Assembly: GCF_009834535.1 (NCBI RefSeq)
Contig: NC_045707.1
Location: 60,266,001 to 60,330,000 of the forward strand
Reading direction: 5' to 3'
Origin: Camelus ferus
Taxonomy: Eukaryota
DNA length: 64,000 nt
This document shows positions 24,882 through 39,400 of this stretch, in pieces. The notes beneath the pieces were generated by a model that saw only the letters and a list, made by a program, of their open reading frames with translations, had not been told where the DNA came from and searched no databases. Every line of letters begins with the position of its first letter. Position 1 is the stretch's first letter. Made by a program: the position numbers and the translations under genes.

Positions 24882-25038
24882 CAGTACTTCCCAGTTTTTC
24901 CTAGTGTTTGTTTAGCTTCTCAGTGACTCTTACCCTTGAAGATTCTGAATCACTGGACCTGGGCTGGAGCTGGAAATGTTACATCTTCAACAAGCCCTCT
25001 TAGGATTCTTATCATCAGGGAACTTGGTAAATAACTGC
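24882..25038. mobile_element. hAT-Charlie MITE (MER5-like)
   Basis: Degenerate termini cagtacttcccag… / …cttggtaaataactg and internal gattctgaatcactggacctgggctgg. Confidence 0.55.
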
Positions 25039-25209
25039 ATTAGCTTACTTAATCTTACCATAACTCTATAAGGCAGGTAATATTCCTAAAGGAAAACCAT
25101 AACTGAGGTTAACTAATCTGTACACAGACATACTGTTAGTGAACTCAAAACTCACATAGATCAGGAGTCTACAAATCATGACCTGTAGGCCAATCTCACC
25201 CACTGCCTG

Positions 25210-26015
25210 TTTTTTTTTAAATTGTGGTAAAATGTATATAACATAAAACTGACCATTTTAACCATTTTTAAGTATACAGCTCAGTGGCATTAGGTACATT
25301 CACGTTGTTGGCCACCATCACCACTATCCGTCTCCAGATACTTCCCAACCTGAAATTTCACACCCATGAAACAATAACTCCCCATTCTCCTATCCTCCCA
25401 GGCCCAGGCAACCAACATTTTCTTTTCTATCCCTATGAATTTGACTACCTGTGGTAGTTCACAGAAGTGAGATCATACAATGGTTGTCCTTTTGTGACCT
25501 GCTTATTTCACTCAGCGTATGTCTTCAAGATTCATTCGTGTTATAGCATGTGTCAGAATTTTTTCCCTTTGTAAGGCTGAACAACATTCCACAGTTTTAT
25601 GTACATGCCACATGTGTTAATGTATTCACCTGTCAATGGATACTTGGATTGCTTCCACCTTTTTTGGCTACTATGAATAAAGCTACTATGAACTACATAG
25701 TAGAGCTACATGCATATACGAATAGCTGTTCAAGTCTCTGCTTTCAGTTCTCTCCAGTAAATACCAAGAAGTGGTATTGCTGGATCATATGGTAATTCTA
25801 TTTTTAATATTTTGAGGGACTGCCACACTGTTTTCCACAGTGGCTGCAGCATTCCACATTCCCACCAGCAATACACAATGGTTCTGATTTCACCACGTCC
25901 CCACCAGCACTCGTTATTTTCAGGGTTTTCGCTAATGACCATCCTAATGGGTGTGAAGTGGAATCTGACTGTGATTTTGATTTGCATGTCTCTAATTATT
26001 AGTGATGTCAAGCAT

Positions 26016-26055
<40 letters not shown>

Positions 26056-26755
26056 GGTTATTTGAATACCTTATTTGGAGAAATACCTACTCAAGTCATT
26101 TGTTTATTTCTTAATTGGGCTGTTTGGCTTCTACTGTTGAGTTGTAGTAGTTTTTCACACATTCCGGATAATAATGCCTTAGATTGATTTGCAAATATTT
26201 TCTCTCTGTTGATACAGTCCTTCGATGTGTAAAAGCCTTTCATTTTTATGAAGTCTATCTTATCTATTTTTTCTTTTGTTGCCTGTGCTTTTCTGTGTCA
26301 TATCCAAGAAATTATTACCAAACCCAATGTCACAACGCTTTTCTTCTATGCCTTCTTCTAAAAGTTTTAGAGATTGTGGTCTTATGTTAAGTCTTTGATC
26401 CATTTTGTGTTAATGTTGATGGTATAATGGCATAAGGTCCAACTTTATTCTTTTGCACGTAGATGTCCACTTTTCTCAGTACCATTTGCTGAAAAGACTG
26501 TCCTTTCTTCACTCAATGGTCTTGGTACACTTGTCCAAAATTATTTGACCATATCAAGCAAGGGCTTACTTCTGGTTCTCTATTCTATTACATTGGTCTA
26601 TATGTCCACACTATGCTAAGTACCATACTATTTTGATTATCTTAGTTATGCAGTAAGTTTTAGAAACAGGAAGTGTGAGACCTCCAACTTTGTTCCTCTT
26701 TTTCAAGATTGTTTTGGCTATTCAGGGCCCTCTGAGACACCACATGAATTTTAAG
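25210..26755 (-). mobile_element. L1M 3' ~1.5 kb (antisense) with an internal (GT)n at 26021-26052
   Basis: T-run start. The minus-strand ORF 25730-26011 matches the ORF2 C-terminus (IIRDMQIKIT…[16 protein letters not shown]…LPYDPAIPLLGIY). Confidence 0.9.
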
Positions 26756-27179
26756 ATAAACTGATGTTCTTAGCATTTAGTGTATGACCAAGTCCTTGCT
26801 GTCTCAGAATAATCAGCTGTTTACTCTTCCCCAAATTCTCTCTAATAACCTATACTGATGCCCTATTTCCAAAGGAATTTGTTTGTATGAAATTTCAATT
26901 TATGTATCACATTCTTTCAGTGTCTGCAGCATACAAATTAAAGGTTTTTCTTTAAATGTACTGTTTCCCTCACAATTTAGTAGTATGTATTATTTAATAT
27001 TTAAATTTTTCCAAGATGTCACTTCCTAGCGAAAAAAAAAAGTGAACTTATCATCTGAATTTTTAAAGAAGATTCCCATTACCTTTATAAGTATTAGTAG
27101 CAATGCCCTGGATATATATTATGCTAAACCAGAATACAATTTCCATAACTAGCTCTCATTTCTAAACCAGCCAACCCCA

Positions 27180-28130
27180 GGAAATATACAGACCTTCCAG
27201 AGGCAGGCTCAAACAACACAGGGGAGGAAATGCTGTCGTCCCTCCCAGCCTTCCCCATCCCAGTAATGGCACTTCAGTCAACCAGTCACTTAAAACAGAA
27301 CCTGGGACTCATTCTTCACATTTCTTTTCCCTTCATCCCCACATTCAACTTATTAATGAATTTTGTCCATTCTGCCTTTATAATGCATCCTGGGTCTCTC
27401 CCCTTCTCTCCATTTACATTGTCAGTTGGAAAGGAAAGTCCACCACCATCACTGTCAACTGGACAAGGTCTGAAGTAGCTTACCTAGTCTCCCTGTTTCC
27501 TCTTGTCTCCCTTCAATCCATTCTCCACATGGCAGCTGGAAGGCTCGGGTCCCTCCTCATCTAAAACTCAGTGGCTTCCCATATCACTGACAATAAAACC
27601 CAATCCCCTGAACATGCCTGAGGTTTGAAAGGCCCTGAACTGAGCTACGCTTCTCAAACCTCAGCCCAGCCTATAACCACTCTCCTCTTGTTCCTTAAGC
27701 TACAGCCACATCAGTTTCCTCCAGGTTCCTCAAACTTGCCGCATCCTTTCTCACCAGAGCCTTTACAGGTGACTGTTCCTTGTCCTGCCATAGTGGTCCC
27801 CCTTTCGTCTCTTAAAACTGGCCATCTCCTATTCAACCTTCAAGTCTCTGCTCAAATGTCACTTCCCCAGAGTGACTTTTCTAACCAGCAAACCTAAAAT
27901 TGGTTTGCCACCAGGCCCCTGGTTCTCCATCATAGCATCCTGTTATTTTCCTCCAAAAATCCTTCACAATCTAAAATTACATTTTTCTTTTTGTCTGCCT
28001 CTTTCTCTCTCATTATATAAATTCTAATAAGGCAGAGAGTGTCTCAGATTTGATCTCTTTATAACTATGCCTGTCACACTATGTAGGCCCTCGTAAAAAA
28101 AACTGTTAAACAAATGAAAGAACAAATGAA
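27180..28130 (+). mobile_element. LINE-2 3' region
   Basis: L2 motifs (aacctgggactcattctt, caatccattctccaca, tctgctcaaatgtcacttccccagag) and a terminal aatgaa-like tail. Confidence 0.75.
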
Positions 28131-29499
28131 GAAATCAAGGCTCAAAATATACAATATCTGTTCAAGGTAGGAGTTAAATAATTTTCTAAGCCAGAAGGAG
28201 GACCATAATTCCTTCTGTTTTCATCTAGCACTTGAACCACTGTTGTATCACACTTTTCCTAAAGGAGTATAAAGCCTTGTTTTTCTTGTAATACACAGAA
28301 CTATAAAAACTAAAGACTTTCAGAATCCAAACCCTAATTCCAAAGCTGCTGCATTCCATGACTACTGTGAACCACATACCTTCACTACTATAAACTCAAT
28401 TATTCTGAATATGACTATTAACTCTTAATCAGTAATTATTCACAGCTATTTTCAAACAGCAAAAGATCCAGAGAATAGTTGCCACTTCAATGTATTTTTC
28501 ACTGATGCATAACATCAATATGATGCCTTACTTTACTGTTAAACCCAAAATAATGAATGTTCTAAAGAGGAGTTAATATGAGCAACTTTGACCTCAAATA
28601 CCACGAATATTCGTTCTGATGACTCCGTGTCCCTTTGTTCATTTGTACCCAAATTCAACTAAAAAAAATTTTTTTAATCTACCACATAGCATTGTTATGG
28701 GGAGTTAAAATCTGTAAAATGTCAAGTACTGCTAGTGTGAACTGATGCTTAGCTAATATTTTCATTAAATTTTCTTCCATAATCGCTTCCTTTTGGTTAC
28801 AGGTATCGGTTGCTGGAAGGGGACTTGGTGAGGGGAAGAAGTTATATACATCTTTCCGTTGATCAGGTAGTGACTGTATTAGGTAGCAACATTCCCCACA
28901 CCAATTTCTCCCCTGTTCCTGTTCCACCTCCTCACTATAAGCAAAGTTCATCAGCAATTGCAGTCTCCTCAAAAAATCAAACTATGGGGTGTCCTACACA
29001 TGCATTTGTGTAGTTTACCTCTCTCTTCTCATCATCCTTTCATTCTAAAACAGAAAGTACGGTTATGGCAACATCTGGGGACTGTCCACCAAAATCTTCA
29101 ATAATCATTCAGAGACTCGTGGGTCTGGTCAAAGGCCCCCCAGCAGTCAGTCTCTCCTCACTTCAGCCCAGTCCTCACACACAGCACCGTAAGTCTCATC
29201 TTGCACTCGAGAACTTTCTGGCACTCCCCACTCCCTAAACACCTTACCTCGACTGCCACGACCTGCCACGACCTGCCACAGCCTGAAACCCTCCGCCTTC
29301 TCCTCTCTTCTCTCTGCACACCCTGTCACGAGGTCAGAGAGAGTTATCCATCAGTTTTGAACACACCCTAAACTACACGCCATGATGACCGCTGTTGTCT
29401 CCACCTGATATGCCCACTTTCCATTTATAACTATTAAACTTACCCTTTCTGTAAAATACAATTAACTTTTCTTACTTTCTTTGCTTAACGTACCTGAAA

Positions 29500-30050
29500 C
29501 TCCCTCTTACCTCACCTTTATCACCTGAACACCTACTCACCATTTAAATTCCAAATGCTACACCCTCCTTGGAGCCCCCTAAAACTGAACCCCTACCTCC
29601 CTAACCTCAGGGAGAACCGATCACTGCACCACATGATCTGCTATGTATTCCCACGGTAGTCTGTCTCTGTCTCACTTATCACATCTCCCCCATCAGACTC
29701 CGGGTCCCTCAAGGGAAGGCACTGTATGCCCAGAACATACCACCAGTTCTTCCACTTAGTGTCTGTAAATGTATTTGCTGAAAGATTAAACCCCTCCGTG
29801 TAGCCTGCACCGTTCTCCCCCAGATCCTATTCAAATAAATCTTTTTTCCCCCTGCAGCCCCACAGCCCACTGTACCTCTCTGATTGGACGAACCCGACCA
29901 CATTATTCCCTGATGTGTGGTTATGTGTGTACTTGTCTTTTCCTTCCTGCAAGACAGTCAGCTCCTTAAAGGTAAGAATGGGATTTTTCCAAGGAGGGGC
30001 TTGTGCCTACCACAGTTTCTCACATAGCAGGTGTTCAGTGAGTATTAGCA
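29500..30050 (+). mobile_element. LINE-2 3' fragments
   Basis: gtcagctccttaaaggtaagaa and cacatagcaggtgttcagtgagtatt resemble L2 3' ends. Confidence 0.5.
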
Positions 30051-30206
30051 GTTTTGTAACTTTTTAAACTACATCAGAAAGGCCATCAGAAGCGGGACTC
30101 AAGATTATACTTTGAAGAGAAAACACTGTCATTCACAAAAGTTTGCACTATCTAAATCTAATTTTTAAATCATTAAAATAAGATGGAGCCACCCAAACTC
30201 CCTAGT

Positions 30207-30500
30207 TCAGGAGTTAGAAGTTGGCAGGTAATGAAAGAATGACACCCCTTGGTGTAAAATAATAGAGAATAATAGTAACTAGGAGAAACTTGATAGAGTT
30301 TTTGGCCACTGTCAACCATTGCTGCCAAATCTTCCAATTTTTCAAAAGAAGCACCAAACGTGTATTTGTACACCGTATCTCTCAAGCTTTTAAATGTTGG
30401 AAACCAACTCATTTAAAAAGAGTCAAAAACATTGTACAGGCCAGACTAAACACATTTGTGGGTCAAATGAGGCCTATAAATTGTCAGTTTTTTTAAATTC
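30207..30500 (+). mobile_element. hAT-Tip100 relic (MER45-like)
   Basis: ttgctgccaaatcttccaatttttcaaaagaagc and aggccagactaaacacatttgtgggtcaaat motifs. Confidence 0.55.
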
Positions 30501-30529
30501 TCCCCTCTGGATTGATTGTTATTCTTCCT

Positions 30530-30760
30530 AGTTATTAAGGGCTTACTTTGAGCAAACCCTGTGCTAAGAATTTTGTGTTAATTACATGAGTATATGTGGA
30601 TTCCTATGATCTGAGCATTATTGATCTGAGTAACATAGACACCCACTTCTCAGACAAAGAAACTGAGGCACTTGGAGTTTAAGTTGCACACATCAGATAG
30701 CAACATCAAACGCGTCACACTCCCATGGGCACATACAGATTTTTGTCTGACTGCAATGTA
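30530..30760 (-). mobile_element. MIR SINE relic
   Basis: cagacaaagaaactgaggcac is the antisense MIR core. Confidence 0.65.
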
Positions 30761-32419
30761 AAAATGGCTTTGAGTCATGTGCAATTCTGGGCATCCTGTT
30801 ATCTTACTTCTTTTTCTCCCGGTGATCTCTGGAATACCTTATCAAGACAGTCAAGGTTGGAAACTGCTGCTTTATATACTAAAATTGCCGAAGTTTGCTA
30901 TATACCCTATAAATACCCTACCTTAAGGTTACAACTACTAGTCTTTCAAAAGACAGCCCACCATAAATCCTGAATAGAAAAAAAAAAACCTTAAACATCT
31001 TCATCCAAATATGAGATTGAAGCCAGGAAGCATATAAACAAACAGGAGGAAAGCAGGAAAGATTAGATGTAGAGACATTTGGAAAAGATTAAAACTAACA
31101 TACTGCACTCTGCAAACACTTTTGAGCATAGACTACATTCAAAGCTCTGTGCAAGAAGTTATTTTAATAGCCTAGAGGCTATGATGATTTCAGATTCAAA
31201 AGATATTTTTCAACTTAGATTCAGTAGGATCGGTGACTAATATGAAGCAGAGGGTATGTGAGAGGGAGAAATCAGAGGATAACTCAGCAAGAAGAGGCCA
31301 GCAGAGTCATTAACCAAGATGAAGGAGCACAGGAGAAACAGCAGAGCTTGGTGTGGGGAGCCCAGGGGAGTGTACTGACAACAGAGGAGGGGATCCAGAG
31401 GGCACAGTGAAGTGGGCAGATCATCATCAGAGACACAAGAGCCAGGTGGGCTGAGGTTGAGATGGACAGAGACAAACAGCAGTGAGAGTTTGGGAGAGGA
31501 CAACAGGCCAGGCATCCTTGCTTTCTGGGTGATACTCATGAGTCATAAGGAGAACAGTCAGAAAATTACCAAATTTCCTGGAGGGACATGGGGAGCGATG
31601 GAGTGGAACGATGCATTAAGAGTTGAGGTCCAAGCCTCCATATGGTACATTGCTGTCCCAAGTCAACAGTGTCCTTCTAAAAACATATTTTCGTAGATGC
31701 CTCATCCTGAACGATTTCTCATTGTGGTTCAACTTCACGGAATCATTGTCTGTACCTTAAAATGTACTCAAGGGCATTGGGTCTACTATGCAAAGCCCTA
31801 AGAATTTTATAGAGGGGCTTAGGATTCAAAGACTACTGAAGGGATTGAGTTCTGGGCCCTTAACCTAATCCAGTCAGTGAAATTCCCTCTTAATTTGTGT
31901 CACATGTGGGGCTTCTCTGATTTAGGTCTCCACTAAAAAGAATACCACTCTTGAGAAATTTTTTTAAAAAGAAGAAAAAGCTTTAAAATTCACTGAAGCG
32001 TCTTGATCAATTATGAAGTGAAACTTAAGTAATTTGTTGTGCCTCATAACATAACGCATTTATAAATTTTCCATAAGTTACAGTGGATTTAAAGGTATCT
32101 CATTAATAATGTAATTCTCACTAACATTTCTAGTTGCATTCTTGAGGGAGAGAGAAAAGAGTAAGGATATTACTAGTATGGTAGGAATTGTCCAAAATCC
32201 AGCTGCACTCACGGGAGTATGTTGTTTCTGTGAAAGTTAAATCCTTTGTAACTGTTGATAGAAATAAAGGTTGAGAACTAGTGAGCCCAACAATCTCCAA
32301 AGTCCTTCATGCTTGTAGAACATCCAGTTCCCCCACTTGCAATCCAGAACCAGGGAAGAATGGGTGGTTCACTAAGGGTCAGGGAGGGAGGTCTTTCCTA
32401 AGGGCCAAAGTCAGAGCTG

Positions 32420-33300
32420 AGACAACAGAACAATGCCTTTAAACTGTAAGGGAAACTGATTTGCCATCTAGAATTTTGTATCCAGCAAACTATCAATCCA
32501 AACTGTCAATTAAGGGTGAAGGTGGAATAAATACATTTCAGAATATGCAAGTCTCAAAACACTTAGCGCCCACCCTTTCTTTCTCAGAAAGCTACTGAAA
32601 GATGTGATTCACTAACACAGGGGAGGAGATGAAGACAGTCAGAACTGAAGAAACAGAGGCTCCAACACAAGACAGAGATGAAGGAAACACCAAGAAGAGA
32701 TCCCAGAAGGACAGCTGGGTGGCAGGTCTTGAAAGCCACTGTCTAAATTTTAGCAGGTTAGGAGTCCCTAGGAAAGAAAGTTATCTCTGAAAGATGAAGT
32801 TGATAGAATAGCTGAAGTGTTAATACGAGATTTAGACAACTGGGGGAGAATTTGGGGTTAAATCTGTGATAAATACATTAAAAGAATTATCATTAACAAA
32901 GAAGATACTTGTTAATTCCAGGAAAAACAAAATGTACAAGTAAATAACAATAATTATAGCATCCTACATTACTCAATTTGTATGGTTACAGTTATTTAAA
33001 TATTGAATATGAATCCAACTAAATTTTTGAATACTATAAAACTTTATGGAGAGGATGGGAGACTGGCTGGATGGGGAGAGTGTATGTGATTGGAGTGGAC
33101 CATGTGTCCATTTGTAAAACATCTACCACAAAATACCTAACACCAGATGAAAGTGTTTGCCTCTCAGCAATGGAAATGTGGACGGTGGGAGAGCTGAGTT
33201 GGAGGGGCTGGTATTTTTCATAAAGAGCCTTATAGAACTGATTCCCTAAGCAATGTGAACGTAGTATTTGGATACAAAGAATATTTTAATTTTAAAAATA
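32420..33300 (+). mobile_element. HAL1 (half-L1) or old L1 ORF1-end relic
   Basis: ctagaattttgtatccagcaaactatcaat encodes RILYPA (ORF1 C-terminus), followed by non-ORF2 sequence resembling the HAL1 3' region. Confidence 0.55.
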
Positions 33301-35819
33301 TGAAAAAGCTTAAAAGATAGCTAAAACAAATTGGGAGAGCTGTGATTGAACAGATTTAAAGGAGTGGATAAGACGTTGCTTCTCCCTGAACCCCTCCCTC
33401 CCTCCTCTCGTTAAGTAGAGGTAACATGAAAATATGATTAGCAGCAGTTAAAGCCAAGTCCCCTCATAACTGGTTATGTTACTTGTGAGACTGACAAAGT
33501 CTTTCCTCCAAAGAGCTCGGCGGCTGTACTGAGAATATTAAGCGTGGGACATTTTAACACCATGAAATTAAAAACAAAGGAACTGTATGGAAAGAAAAAT
33601 AAGATTGAGATTACCAAGAGCAAATGAAATCAAATCTTCATTAGAAGATAATTAAGACCAAGCCCCTGAATAATTCTGCAGCTTCCCCAGGATGCTAATA
33701 ATACACATTGGCAGCATCATTAGTTTCTTCAGGAACCATTCTCAACATGGCACTATTTACCTCTTCTGCTTTCTGTTTTCCTGAAAACACTTTAAATCCC
33801 CCTTGACCACCTGAAGTTATCAAAAACCAATCCACACCACTTCATTTTACTAAGATTGGCTGAGCCTACTTTGGGGAAATATGTAATCAGGGCTGCCTGT
33901 GGCCTGATCTCTCTCTTTGTGCTTTGCCTTGCTCTTTGGAGGACCAAATAATTAACTTAAAATAATCCAGCCTGGATCAATCCTGGATGCCTGGAACTTT
34001 CCTGCTGATTTGGCCTTTTCTAGTGGACATTCAGGCATGGACTAGTGAAAAATTCAGAATACCTGGTTAACTCTTTGGGCTCCAAATGTGTCTACTATAG
34101 AACAGAAGTGTCAAAAAAGCATTAGCCAGAGCCAAGAATATCTCACTCTCATTATGAGCTGGTTTGTTTTTCTCCTACTTCAACACTCCCATTTCTGAGA
34201 CTTAAAAGAAAAAAATCAGGGCTTGGAGGAGGAAAAGAGTGATAATTTTATTCTGACTTTAAAATATGACAGCATAAGAGTTTCATCAGCAAGGATCTGA
34301 AATTAATTCCTTTTTATTGTGCACTTTCTTTGTGCTAGCCACCATGTTAGACCCTTTGTATAATGGGATCTCTAGTCCTCAGTATACCTCTTCAAGATCC
34401 CTATTATATCTGCAATTTACAGGAGAGCACCCCAGAGGTTTAAACAACACAGTCTTCCCTAGATCACTGGAGGAGCAACAGAAGCAGTGTGACCAGCTGG
34501 AACCCCATCTTCTCATAATCATGATCTTTCCACTGCCTTATAAGGAGGTGTGTCCTAGTAACAGAAAGTTATAACTACCCCTAAGTTGTTGCAAGGATTA
34601 AATAAAGAAAAAAAAAAAAAGAAAAGAGAAGAATACCACTGAGGCCAGTGCCCTAAATATAGTGAATATTTTATACATATTAGCTCTTAACGTGGTTACT
34701 ACAGTCATTAGATATGTAAAAAGCTAGTGACCTTACCTTCCTCTTCTTTTCATTTTCTCTTCTTTCATGGCCAAAAGGAAGTAAGAGATACAATATGCCT
34801 GCAAGTAGAAAGGGGTGGCTCCATGATGTAAGACATTTTATAAGTAAATGCCCTCTCTCCAGATCTTCTCTGCTGACCAGCGCACAGTTCCTATAGGACA
34901 GACTGTTCTGTTCTCCAAGTCACAACCTGGATATTTAACGAGTTGGCACCCAGTCTGAAACCTATTTTCCCATCTAACTTTGTCCTTCAGTAAGACCAGT
35001 ACCAAAGGACTCATACTGCTTCCTGCGAGTTTCAGGACCAGTATCATCAATAAAATAATGCTTGTTGAAACGATTTATTCTTGCTCATTCCCTCGTCTCA
35101 GATACGGGCTGAGTAGTGATGTGCCCAAAGTGGGGTTTGCATGGATTCCTAACATTCTGTTTAGCAAGTCCTGGCACTGTCTTACTTGGATGTGAGCACA
35201 ACAGCCATCCTACTTTGAGTAGATGACAGACTGTAGCTAACACCTGCTTTAATGCAGTTATTCCCATCAACAGCCTCTCAAAACGCTGCTTTATGCCCTC
35301 AACCAATCACTGTTTAATGCAGTTACCATACAGTTTTCCCTCTGGGCTCCCTCGCACATTCTCACATATTCTTAATCGTCATATAAATTCCTTCCCTTCA
35401 TTATTTCCCAACAAATAACCACCCAGTTACAGGTGCGTTTTCTTTCCTTTTTTTCTCCTCACGTGACTGGGTCTCTAGTTCAATCTTGACTGCTTTTCTA
35501 AGTCAATCCTTATCTCCCACCTCCAGGCATTTGGCGGATGCACAGTTGCTGGAAGGGCTCTCATCTCCCACTCTCTAGAACTCTCTCGGAGTTTCTTCTA
35601 ACAATAATGTGGGAAGGGAGTCCTTTGGTCTCCTCCTCAAGTGTGTGCCCACAGGAAAGATAACAAGAAGGCTCAAGATCTGGGAACCAGTATTTTGTGA
35701 CTTACCACCCTGCACAACTGTTTGCCTGAGTCCTGACAGCACATGAGTGAGTATAGGTGTAATTCTCCTGCTATGACAAAGCAACATCACAGTCATGCCC
35801 TAATACAACCCACGTGTGG

Positions 35820-36340
35820 ACATTCATTCATCTACAGATGAATCCATCCAATAAAAAATACCTTATGTGCCTGCCATGTTCTCATCACTTTGGTAAATGC
35901 CAGCGATACAAAGATTAATCAGGTGGAAACTGGATTGGAGGAGGAAGGGCCAGACTAGGACCCAGGAAGTCAGTTAAGACAATATGACAGTAGGTCAGGC
36001 AAGAAGTGATAAGGTCTTGAATGAACCCATAGAGTGACAGTGGGGCTAGAAAGCCGGGACAGAGACACGAGATATAAGGAGGGTATATCAGAATAATGTG
36101 GGTATTTATTGTGTGTGAGGAATGAGGGGAAAAGAGATGAAAGTCCAGGATGACTCCAAGATTTCTTGATGAGTCGGGGTTAATGATGCTATCATTCCCT
36201 GTTGGAGGGCTAGGAGAAATAGGTTTGGAGGGAAACAATGAGTCTAGTTTGGGAAACTGAGATACCTGTGGGCTATCAAGGTACAGATAACTACTAAGTA
36301 TTTAGACTAAAGCTGGAAATACAAATTTGTGAGACTGAAT
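35820..36340 (-). mobile_element. LINE-2 fragment
   Basis: cattcattca start and the aagtccaggatgactccaagatttctt motif. Confidence 0.65.
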
Positions 36341-36635
36341 ACTTCCCACAAAATAGAATCTCATGCTCGATGCCCTCAACAGAAATCAAACACTGTTTTG
36401 AAAGAATATTTAGGGAGAATTGCTTGCAAGACAAAAATTAACTTCACTTCAACATATTCTAAAACATTTCCTTAGGAACACGAACCATATTGTACTGGCT
36501 TCATATTGTCACAGAATTGCTTTAACGAAATTGACTCTTGTTCTGATGCCAGTGTCTAAATGGAAAGTATTTACAAAATACAGACCTAAAATTCATGGGT
36601 GCATCTTCTGGAATAACTTTGAGGATTTGATTCTT

Positions 36636-38131
36636 TTTTTTTTCATTGAAGTATAGTTGATTTACAGTGTGTTAGTTTCAGGTGTACAGCAAAGTGATTC
36701 AGTTATATATATACATATACATATATATATGTATACATAAATATATGTATATATATACACATATATATGCTTTTTCAGATTCTTTTCCACTATAGGTTAT
36801 TACAAGATATTGAATATAGTCCCATGCTATACAGTAGATTCTTGTTTATCTATTTTATATATAGTTGTGTGTAACTGTTAATCCCAAGCTCCTAATTTAT
36901 CCCTCCCTACCACCCCTTTCCCCTTTGGTAACCATAGTTTGTTTTCTATGTCTGTGAGCCTATTTCTGGTTTGTAAAAAAGTTCACTTATATCATTTTTA
37001 AGATTCTGCAAATAAATGATATCATACCATATTTGTCTTTCTCTGTCTGACCTAATTCACTTAATATGATAATCTGTAGGTCCATCCATGTTGCTGCAAA
37101 TGGCATTATTTCGTTTCTTTTTTATGGCCAAGTAATATTCCATTGCATGTATAAACCATATCATCTTTATCCAGTCATCTGTCCATGGCCACTTAGGTTG
37201 CTTCTATGTCTTGGCTATTGTGAATAGTGTTGCTATGAAAACTAGGGTGCATGTCTCTTTTCAAATTAGAGTTTTCTCCAGATATATGCCCAGGAGTGGG
37301 ATTGCTCAATCATATAATAACCCTGTTTTTCATTTTTAGGGAAACTCTACACTGTTTTCCAATTTACATTCCCACCCACAGTATAGGAGGGTCCCCTTTT
37401 CTCCACACCCTCTCCAGCATTTATTATTTGCATACTTTTGGATGATGACCATTCTGACTGGTGTGAGGTGATACCTCATTGCAGTTATGACTTGCATTTC
37501 TCTAATAATTAATGATGTTGAGCATCTTTTCATGTGCCTGTTGGCCATCTGTATATCTTCTTTGGAGAAATGTCTCTTTAAGTCTTCTGCCTATTTTTTT
37601 GGTTGGGTTCTTTTTTTTTTTTTTTTTTTAAATATTAGGCTGTATGAGCTGTTTGTATATTTTGGAAATTAATCCCTCATCAGTCTCATTGCTTGCAAAT
37701 ATTTTCTCCCATTCTTGGTTGTCTTTTCATTTTGTTTATGGTCTCCTTTGCTGTGGAAAAGCTTTTCTTAAGCTTAATTAGGCCCCATTTGTTAATTTTT
37801 TATTTTATTTTTATTTTTCCTTTTATTTCCATTACTCTAGGAACGAGTTCCAAAAAAATATTGCTGCAATTTGTGTCAAAGAGTGTTCTGCCTATGTTTT
37901 CCTCTAGGAGTTTTACAGTATCCAGTTTTACATTTAGGCTTTTAATCCATGTTGAGTTTATTTTTGGATATGGTGTTAGAGAATGTTCTCATTTCATTCT
38001 TTTACATGTAGCTGACCGGTTTTCCCAGCACCACTTATTGAAGAGACTGTCTTTTCTCCATTGTATGTTCTTGCCTCCTTTGTTATACATTAATTGACCT
38101 TAAGTGTATGGGTTTATTTCTGGACTCTCTA
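36636..38131 (-). mobile_element. 5'-truncated lineage-specific LINE-1 (1.5 kb) with TSD
   Basis: T-run, then ttgaagtatagttgatttaca (antisense 3' end). Minus [25 protein letters not shown] tgaggatttgattctt (36620-36635) / tgaggatttgatcctt (38132-38147). Confidence 0.92.
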
Positions 38132-38499
38132 TGAGGATTTGATCCTTATCCTCTGGAGGCTTCCTCACCCAACTCTGAGAGACATTCTTGTTTCTTTCAG
38201 TAGCATCACTGGGTGTATTCTAAACAATTGGTTTGTGTATCTTATAGGCATTTTTTAGATTATGTAACCATGATGAGATTTCACACTGTTCTCATTGGTT
38301 TCTCAAAAGCATAGGACCAAATTTGAGACTTAGAGCGTACTTAGCCTCACCCATCCCTGGTGATATTTTGTTTTCTCCCTTATTTTTCTTCATTTCCTTT
38401 GCCTCATACTTATTTTACATTACTGAGTTGGATTTTCTTGCACTCTTACTAGTTTTAAATCATTCCTGAGACAAGGTATATTGTTTAGAAAGTAACTGT

Positions 38500-39400
38500 T
38501 CATTCATTCATTTACGTCCCTTTACAGTTCATGAACCCTCAACCTACAGATGTTCAGAGAGCACACACAGAAAGATGAGAAAAATGGATCACTCACATTT
38601 TAGGGTGGAAACATTATAGGAGGAACTGGCAAAGGAGACTGGAAAGAACTCATGAGACAGTTCTCTTTCTGACAGACCTGCGTCATGGAAGTCAAGAAAG
38701 GGACATTGACTGTAGATCAAATGTTGCAGAGAGATTAACTACAATAAAGTCTGCAAATAGCCCACTGGATTGGATAATTGGGCGATGATGACCAGAAACA
38801 GCAATTGCATTAACCCCATGGAATCCATTGCCTGATTTCCAAGAAATGAGTCAAAGCAGAAAATAAAGATAATTCTTGTAAAGCATTTGAGGGAAATAGG
38901 AGATATCAGAGATAGCTAGAGGCTGACTTGTGATCAGGGAGGAAGCTGCATTTCATACTGAAGAGATCTGGGCATGTTAAAACTTCAGATTTGAGAAAGC
39001 AGAATAAAAGCACAGGAAGAGCAATAGGAAGCAGTGGGTCAGGTTTTGGTGATTGAAGGCTCAGGGCAAAGATTGAATTAAGGATTTCAGAGGCAGTGCT
39101 GATTGGGTCCAGCAGGTAGCCAGGCAGGTAGCTGCAATATGAGAAAGTCAAGAAGCTTCAAGACTAAAGTATTGAATTTATCATCCATGTAGATGGCAAA
39201 GTCACCCTGGACCTGTGGCATGATGACCACGATCCAGATACCAAAACCCTCAACAAATGAGGAGGAGTGACCTTCAACTGGATGACAGCCAGAACAAGGT
39301 TAGACTGTGGTATGGTCACAAGGCAAAGTCCAAAATGGAAGGAGATTTTGCTTAAAGGTGGAAAGGAGATGGTTTGCCGGGAATAATGGCAATTTGGGGA
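38500..39400 (-). mobile_element. LINE-2 relic
   Basis: cattcattcattt start and purine-rich L2-antisense motifs. Boundaries are approximate. Confidence 0.5.

Noticed and set aside
28679..29050. Overlapping ORFs of 97 aa (minus) and 67 aa (plus) with nearby acceptor-like motifs
   Set aside because: No recognisable homology, non-ATG starts, and lengths expected by chance.
29251..29280. 10-bp tandem repeat (acctgccacg, about three copies)
   Set aside because: Short local slippage with no spacers; not CRISPR-like.
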